A stretch of DNA of 64,000 nucleotides. Source: Tricharina praecox. Taxonomy: Eukaryota. A program made the position numbers and the translations under genes. The notes beneath the pieces are model-generated. The model searched no databases. It worked only from the letters and a program-made list of their open reading frames with translations, and had not been told where the DNA came from. The stretch spans positions 1,364,001 through 1,428,000 of the forward strand of contig NW_026250403.1 of assembly GCF_024521635.1 (NCBI RefSeq). The letters run 5' to 3'. Positions 56,956 to 64,000 of this stretch are shown in pieces (within the stretch, counting starts at the first letter, position 1; every line of letters begins with the position of its first letter).

Positions 56956-59606
56956 ATGGACGGAGACCTCAACCTTTCACAGGCCCTCGGTGGCCTTCGG
57001 ATCGCGAACCAGACAGACGACTCGCCGCCTCCGTCACCAGGCCCTTCTCCCGCATACCCATCGCACAACAATGATGCCGCATCGTCACAATCGCAGATTT
57101 ACATACCCGATCTTCAATCGCTAGAATCAAATGCGTTACACGGGTCGCCGCCGCCGACAGGGGCGCTCGGAGGAGGGGGAGGGGGAACGTCTGCGAACGA
57201 CAGCCAGCAGCAACAACATTCCATGAGCTTTCATTCACAGTCCAACATGCCTTTGCAACAGCAGAATAGCTATGGACCCTCCCAACCACGCGCCACCTAC
57301 CCGCCGCCATCCGCCCCTTCGTCGAGACACTCGACTCAATTCATACCCAGCTACAATGGTACATCCAGCCCTTTCCCGCCGTCAACACCGGGTGGATCGG
57401 CGGCAAATCAGATCTACTCGCCCGAGTATACTCGGATATCGCGCGAACCGTCACGTTCATCGCTGTCGGGGCCTCCGGGTAGTTCGAGTTCAGGCCCGCG
57501 AGTTGCCGCCAGGGACCGGTCCAATACGGATAGAACCTATCGACAGCCCAACGCTGCAGGTCCGTCTCCCTTCCATGAGGAATATGGCGCTGCCGGGGGC
57601 TCGACTGGGACCCGTTATGATGCGGAACACGGGATTCCGGCGAGCAGCGCGGAGTGGCAAGAGAAAGGCGCTGCCGTTGCTATCAGAAAGGAAGCCGATG
57701 CTAACGGTAACGTCGTTACCTGGGTAGTGAAGAAAGGTGTCAAGGACTTCAATTTTGGGCGGACATTGGGGGAAGGGAGCTACAGTACCGTAAGTGCGCC
57801 CCGTTTCCCGCGATCTCTCGCTCTCCTTGGGGTACGCCCTCCGTGGTTGCCACAATTCGCTGACTTGGTTATTGTTGGACTAGGTCCTGGCAGCTACAGA
57901 TCGGACAACATTGAAGGAATACGCGATTAAAGTACTCGACAAGCGGCACATCATCAAGGAAGAGAAAGTGAAATACGTAAATATAGAGAAGAATACTCTG
58001 AATAGACTTGGAGAGCACCCTGGAGTCGTTCGACTGTATTATACCTTCCAGGACGAGCGGAGTCTATACTTTGTGTTGGATCTAGCGACCGGGGGAGAGC
58101 TACTAGGAACTCTGAAACGGGTAAGTCCGAATGATGAAGAAGCGCACTCGAGGTTTGACTGAAGCTGAATTGTTGAAGTTAGGAACATTCGACGAGGAAT
58201 GTACAAGATTCTACGCAGCGCAGATCCTGGACACAATCGAATACATGCACACGAGGGGTGTGATTCACCGAGACTTGAAGCCGGAAAACGTACTTCTAGA
58301 CGACAGAATGCACATCAAGATCACAGATTTCGGGACTGCAAAAATACTGGACCCTCCCAAACGACCACCTCAGGATGGGGAGCCGGCCGGCGATCCAATG
58401 GGAGAAGTCGAAGAAACAAGGGCGAACTCCTTTGTAGGAACGGCGGAATACGTGTCGCCCGAACTTCTAAACGACAAGTCAACCTGCAAGTCATCTGATC
58501 TGTGGGCATTCGGCTGTATGGTTTTCCAGCTGCTGGCCGGTCGGCCCCCCTTCAAAGGCAGTCACGAGTACCAAACGTTTCAAAAGATTGTCAATTTGGA
58601 GTATGAGTTCCCGAAAGGCTTCCCCCCGGTGGCTAAAGATCTCGTCGAGCGGCTGTTGGTGCTGGACCCTGCGAAGCGACTCAGCATCGAGCACATCAAG
58701 AGCCATCCGTTTTTCGAGGGTGTGGAATGGGGGCGAAAGCTCTGGAGACAGAAGGCTCCACGGCTAAAGCCCTATGTACCACCACCGGAGGAAACCAAAA
58801 TTATAAAACTCGGCGGCGATTCTTCTTCCATTGGAGCAAGGAACGGCGCTGCCGCATTAAACGGAAGACCTGCTGCGCCTCCGCGGGTCATAACCGAATT
58901 ACCACCCCCTAGCCAGCTGGACATAGAATGGTCACCCGTGCTTACCCGGTCAAACGAGCGAATATTGAAACTCGGGAATGCAACTGTGCAAACAAGCCCT
59001 GCTCCGCATTCTCCGGACGGCAAGGTAAATTCACAGGATGCACCCAAGAAATTTTCTAGGTTTTTCGGTGGGAGTGCCACGAAAAAGCGGCAACGACTGG
59101 TGATGGTGACGAGTGCTGCGAGGGTTATAATTGCCGCCGCTGGAGGTGACGACAAGAAGCCAAAGACCGAGATTAGTCTTCAGGGACTTGGTGTGGTCGT
59201 CAGGAAAGTCGGCGGTGATGGCACAATGTGGGCGATCGATACGGTAAGTCGTTTTATCACCTCTCGTTTCAGGCCTAGCTAGTCCTGCTCTTACATTTTA
59301 CTTACATTCTCTTCCTCACAGCGCGACAAATGTTACACATTTGAAGACCCAAAAACTCCCGCCAGCGAATGGCTCGAGCAGATTGACCGCGCCCGAGACA
59401 TCGCATCGGTCAGCTACCCACCAGATGACGGCGGATTCATGTCGAGTGCTCTCTCGAGCCCATCGTCAACCATCACCCTCGACGCGGCAGCCAACGGGCA
59501 CCACCATCACCACCCTGGAGGCAGAGGTAGTGATGGGCAATCTGAACGATCCAACAAACGGTTCTCAAAGAGGTCGTCGAGACATGGCCTCGCTGCGGTG
59601 TTTTGA
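56956..59606 (+). CDS. PKH1: PDK1-family AGC Ser/Thr kinase (Pkh1/Ksg1 orthologue) with C-terminal PH-like region
   Basis: Motifs DFNFGRTLGEGSYSTV, EYAIKVLDKRHIIKE, HRDLKPEN, ITDFGTAK, RANSFVGTAEYVSPE and SDLWAFG. Introns 57790-57883, 58121-58178 and 59244-59321; stop TGA 59604-59606. Confidence 0.95.
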
Positions 59607-61481
59607 CCACCAGCTCGTCTCTGAACGGTTGAACAGGGCTTGAAGCGGCCGTGGGAGGCGGTCCAGGGACAGCGTGCGGGTGGATTAGTACTAGATGAGA
59701 ATGGGGAGGAGTGTGGATTGTATCTGATTGCATGCTGGGAATTGTAGTGGCAGAGATGGCGGGGGTGGGATGTAACCGTTGTAAGGGTTTTGGAAGCGAC
59801 CCGACGATGAAGCGAGAGTAGCGGGGGCAGTTGGTTTAGCGGGGGGTAGATTTGCAGGAGCGGGCGAGGGAGAAACTCTTTCTTGTGCATGAAAAGGATA
59901 ACAAAGTTGGGGGGTTATGTCCTTGTCTTTGCCGCCGTATATCTCTTCCTGATGTCCTTCGTTCGCGCCTCTCAAGTCGTGTGGTTCATTCTGTTTTCCT
60001 TTTTTGTTCTCGTTTCGTTTCGTTTTCATCGGGGCTGGTGTTTTTTTCTATTTCTCTTTGTTTTTTTTTCTTCTTTTTCCTTTTCGTCTAGTTTACAACT
60101 GTGTGTCCGAGTTCCCTCGCCATCATCATCATCATCGCCGTGTGTCCATCCACTGCATGCTCCTGCTTTTTCCTTTCCTTTCCGTGTTATACCTATCCCT
60201 TTTTCTTTTCTTTCCTTCCCATTCCATTCCTTATCTTCCTTCTTCAATCACGGGGGCGAGGATTTTATCTTTAACTTTTACTTAACTTAGTTTGGCGTAC
60301 TCATCCGTCTTATTCCTATATCGGGTTTTATTGTTATTTGATTTCTGCCTTTTTTGTTTGCGCGTGGGTGCGTGTGTCCGTTTACTATAAGTTTCAGTGT
60401 TCACTGTTCAGTACCTACTTCTTGGGTATACCGTACTGTATTATGTATCGACCGAAATAAAAGTGTGGCGTACCTACCGTACTGAGTGGAAGAGGAAGAG
60501 ATGGGGATGGGGATTACAGTGCGTAGAGTACGTACCAGGTACCTGAGTACCTGCCTCCTACTTAATCGTATACTTACCTCCTACCTATGGAAGTATGGAG
60601 GTGTGGAATTATGGAAGTATGGAAGCATATACGTAGACGTCGTCGTAAGCGCGTCGTCGTGGGTGGCCTATGGGCTACTAGATCCACACGCTCACGCCGC
60701 GGTCGCCGGTGATCGCTGTGATCTCATAGTCATACCACATGCCACATGCCACATGCCATCCGGAGGGGGAGCAGTCGTCAAACTTGTAGTCTTTTATAGT
60801 GTAAGCATTCGAGGCCAGTTTTCGGGGACAAGGGCAGGCAATGGAAATGGAAACCATGCGGTGAGATGGCGAGATGGCGAGATGCCTAGCATCAGGGAGC
60901 ACTCGGCGTCGAATCCGCACGCGCGCAGATGAAGCTTCAACTTCTCATAGGTTGAGTAGACGTCGGGAGGGCGGGGCGGAGAGCAGTATGTAGGGAGCCC
61001 GCATCGAGATCGCGGCCAGCGGGAAGGGAACAGTGGTGAGAAAACAGATATGCTACATACTGCCATTATCTAGGTACTCTAACAAGGTCGAATGCAGTGA
61101 TGATTAAACAAAAAAAACCTCCATAAACGTTCGTCATACTATAGTTTAGGAAGGCTGTGTGCGGAATGAATTAATCTTTCTCAACCCCCATAAACAATCT
61201 TCTTCATAAGATACATACGCAGTACCGTACCATACAATCAAAGCAAAGCAAAGCAGAAAAAAGAAAAAAGAAAAAGGCATTCAATACCCCCAGGGCGACC
61301 CACAGTTAGATCCCAAATACATCGCAACTCCCCATTCCATACACATCCCGTTCATTTGCATCAAGACCAAGATTACTTGTCCGAATATGCACAGAGAAAA
61401 AATCATAATCCCATCAATCGTCTACTCGGGTACCACTGCCTTCCATCATCACCTCTCCTCGCCTCGCATTTCCACATACGT

Positions 61482-64000
61482 CTACCGCTTCTCAACCAAA
61501 AGCACGTGCATAGCCAGATACGCCAGCACCACAAAACTCGCGGCGAATATCCCCAGGCCCGTGACGTCGTTCCAGTACGCCAGACTGTCGAAGCCGAACG
61601 TGCTAAGGATTGTGGCGCCAGGGACTTCAATGTCCAGTCCGAACCTTTACCGTTCATTAGTACCTAACCTATTCCATCTCTCGGGGGAGCGAGGGGAGAC
61701 TTACTTGTGCTCAATCAAAGTCAGATACCGCACCTCGTTGACAATCATCGCCTCAAATGCATAGTGGAAAATCGACAAATTCTGCAGCCATAGTGCGCCC
61801 TTGGGAATCGAGTGATGGTTTAACAACAGACCGGCAAACAGCAACGAGAACAGCATAACCAGCGATCCGATGAGGTTCCCCAGACTGTTGTCTTTGCAGA
61901 CAATTCCAATGAAGAGACAGATGGCACTTGCGGCGAGGTTGAATAGGACTAGCACCAGCAAGAATTTGAAGAACTCGGGCCACTGCGCGACGAGACCGAC
62001 CATCGGGTACAGTATCATTGCCATGATGACCGGGGGGATGATCCGCAGCGGGACTATATCGAATAGAACCTTGGCCGAGAAGTATGTGATGGGCGAGTAA
62101 TAACCGTTAGCGCGCTCTCTGAGGAAGAGGGTTCGTTCCGCTGCGAAGACGTTGAGAGAGGTGAGGGTCGAGAAGCCGAACAGAGCAAGGACGAAGAAGA
62201 AGAGTCCCAGCCGATTCTGGAAACCAGAAATGTCGTCCCTGACACCGAAGAAGAGATAACCACAGAGGCACGCAAGCACAATGGAGACGGCGTAGTGGGC
62301 GAGCATCAGCATCGGGTTGCGGTATAGATTCTTCCATGTTCTCGCGGAGAGAATCATGAACTGTCCAATCCAACCAACCCGCCTAAAGCCTTTTCCTTCT
62401 CCTCCGAGTCCTTGGCCGTTGCCGTTGGCATTGCCATTAGGACTAGGAGTGTTGGCAGTGTCGATCTCCTCTTGAATCTCCTTTGCAACGTCAGAGGTCT
62501 TGTAGGCATTGATCAACACGTCGAGATCAGTCATGTCCTCCCTGACAGAAGGCGGCAATAAAGCATCAGTTTCGGCAGTGTCATCGATACTCCGGCGTGG
62601 CTCTAGGTCATCAGACATCATTACGCCATCCTCGCTGAGACCCGGGCCGAGGCTGTGGTTGGACCGTTTCTTGGTGAACAATTTCTGAGCCTGCTCCTCC
62701 CGAATGGAGGATCCTCTCTTGCGGGGACGAGGTCTTTGTCCGTTGTTTTTCGGTGTGGCTGACGATGAGCTCTCAACTTCAGGAACGGCGTTGTCGTCTT
62801 CCGGGAAAGCCCGGCGCTGGTCGGCATGGACAGTGAGATCGACTAGATAATCCGCAATGTTGAATCCAGGAGGGCACGGATAACCCTGCTTGTCAAAGTA
62901 CGTCTGACATCTATCGAATGGACCCGAGTAAATGCACCTTCCTTTAGCCAAGAGAACAAGCTGGTCAAACAGAGCCACAATGTTGCTCTTAGGCTGATGA
63001 ATGGTGAAGATGACCGTGCGGCGGTAGTTTTTTGCCAATTTGACCAAGCATTCGACGACATTGTAGGCGTTGAACGAATCCAATCCGCTGGTGGGCTCAT
63101 CGAGGAACAAGATGCTGGGACTAGTTACGAGTTCGCAAGCAATGCTGACTCTCCGCTTCTCACCTCCGGAGATGCCACGGATGCCATTGTCTTCAGAAGT
63201 ACCAATGAGCTGATCCTTGATACCGTTAATTCCAAGTTGCGTCATAACTTCCACAACCCGTCTGTCTTTGGCCTGAAAGTTCATATCCCGGGGAAGCCTG
63301 AGGAGTGCAGAGTTCAGAACGGTTTCGTAAACGGTGAGTGTCGCCATCATAGTATCTTCCTGATCGACGAAACCACTGATCTCCTTGTAGTCCTCATCGG
63401 TAACCCTAGCACCATTGACCATGAACTTTCCGTTGACCTGTCCTCGCTTGTTCTTTCTAGCCAGAATATCCAAGAAAGTTGTCTTTCCAGCGCCCGAGGG
63501 ACCCATGATAGCCATGACCTCTCCAGGACTGACTGCGCCTCTAACACCCTCGAGGATCTGCTTCCCGTTGAGCTGGTAAGAAACGTCGCAGAAGTGCAAA
63601 GCCGCGGGCTTATGTCCAGTCAGGATTCCGAGCGCTTCGTCGTCGTCATCCGAAAGGTGAATGGCACCCAGTCCTCGTTTCTGGTTCGCGCGTCTGCTCG
63701 CCCACCATAGTCCCAAAACCACTATGACGATGAAAAGCGCGCATCCAGCAATAACTCCAGCAATCAAGGGCTTGTTGATGGTCTTGATGGGACGCGTGTA
63801 GCCGGGAACTTCGGATTTGTGCAAACACTCGCCGGAGTCGCAGTTGAGGAGAATAGTCGGGTCACCAAAGATATCAGTGATGACCTGGTTCATGTTGGCC
63901 TCCGAGAAAATGCATTGGTCATTGGTCTTTGAGGAATCGCATTGGAAGGAAGCTGGTCCGGTAATCCCTTCCTTGAGGAATTCGCTCAAATCGATGGTGC
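61482..64000 (-). CDS. ADP1: ADP1-like ABCG half-transporter (Cys-rich luminal N-terminus, TM, NBD, TMD); 5' end outside the window
   Basis: Walker [10 protein letters not shown], signature [12 protein letters not shown], Walker [12 protein letters not shown] and FTIHQP, preceded by a Cys-rich region and a TM helix. Intron 61645-61704, then a last exon [18 protein letters not shown]...LLVEKR*. Confidence 0.95.

Overview
Eukaryotic, intron-containing DNA from a filamentous ascomycete (Pezizomycotina; Pezizomycetes is only my guess from intron density and sequence style). By hand-splicing I resolve 15 protein-coding genes. They are: a neurofibromin/IRA-type RasGAP (3'-truncated by the window), an OPT-family transporter, a small Gly-rich single-pass membrane protein, pentafunctional ARO1, a TLC-domain protein, a PIN1/ESS1 parvulin, a 12-intron UDP-galactopyranose mutase, an OGFr-domain protein, a Q/P-rich coiled-coil protein preceded by a ~9.7 kb microsatellite-rich gene desert, a TBC RabGAP, an ankyrin+DIL protein, a cytochrome b561-like protein, an acidic protein with a Cdc26-like N-terminus and an Ile-Arg C-terminus, a PKH/PDK1 kinase and an ADP1-like ABCG transporter (5'-truncated). 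It is mostly a housekeeping region. I found no rRNA, tRNA, CRISPR array, intact transposon or biosynthetic cluster. The best leads are (1) a candidate APC/C-associated protein with APC/C-type docking motifs at both ends, (2) an obligatory GC-AG intron and generally relaxed splice signals, (3) a repeat-spacer minisatellite in the PIN1/UGM divergent promoter and (4) the orphan Gly-rich membrane protein. All intron coordinates and family calls are manual and come from motif recognition, with no database search.
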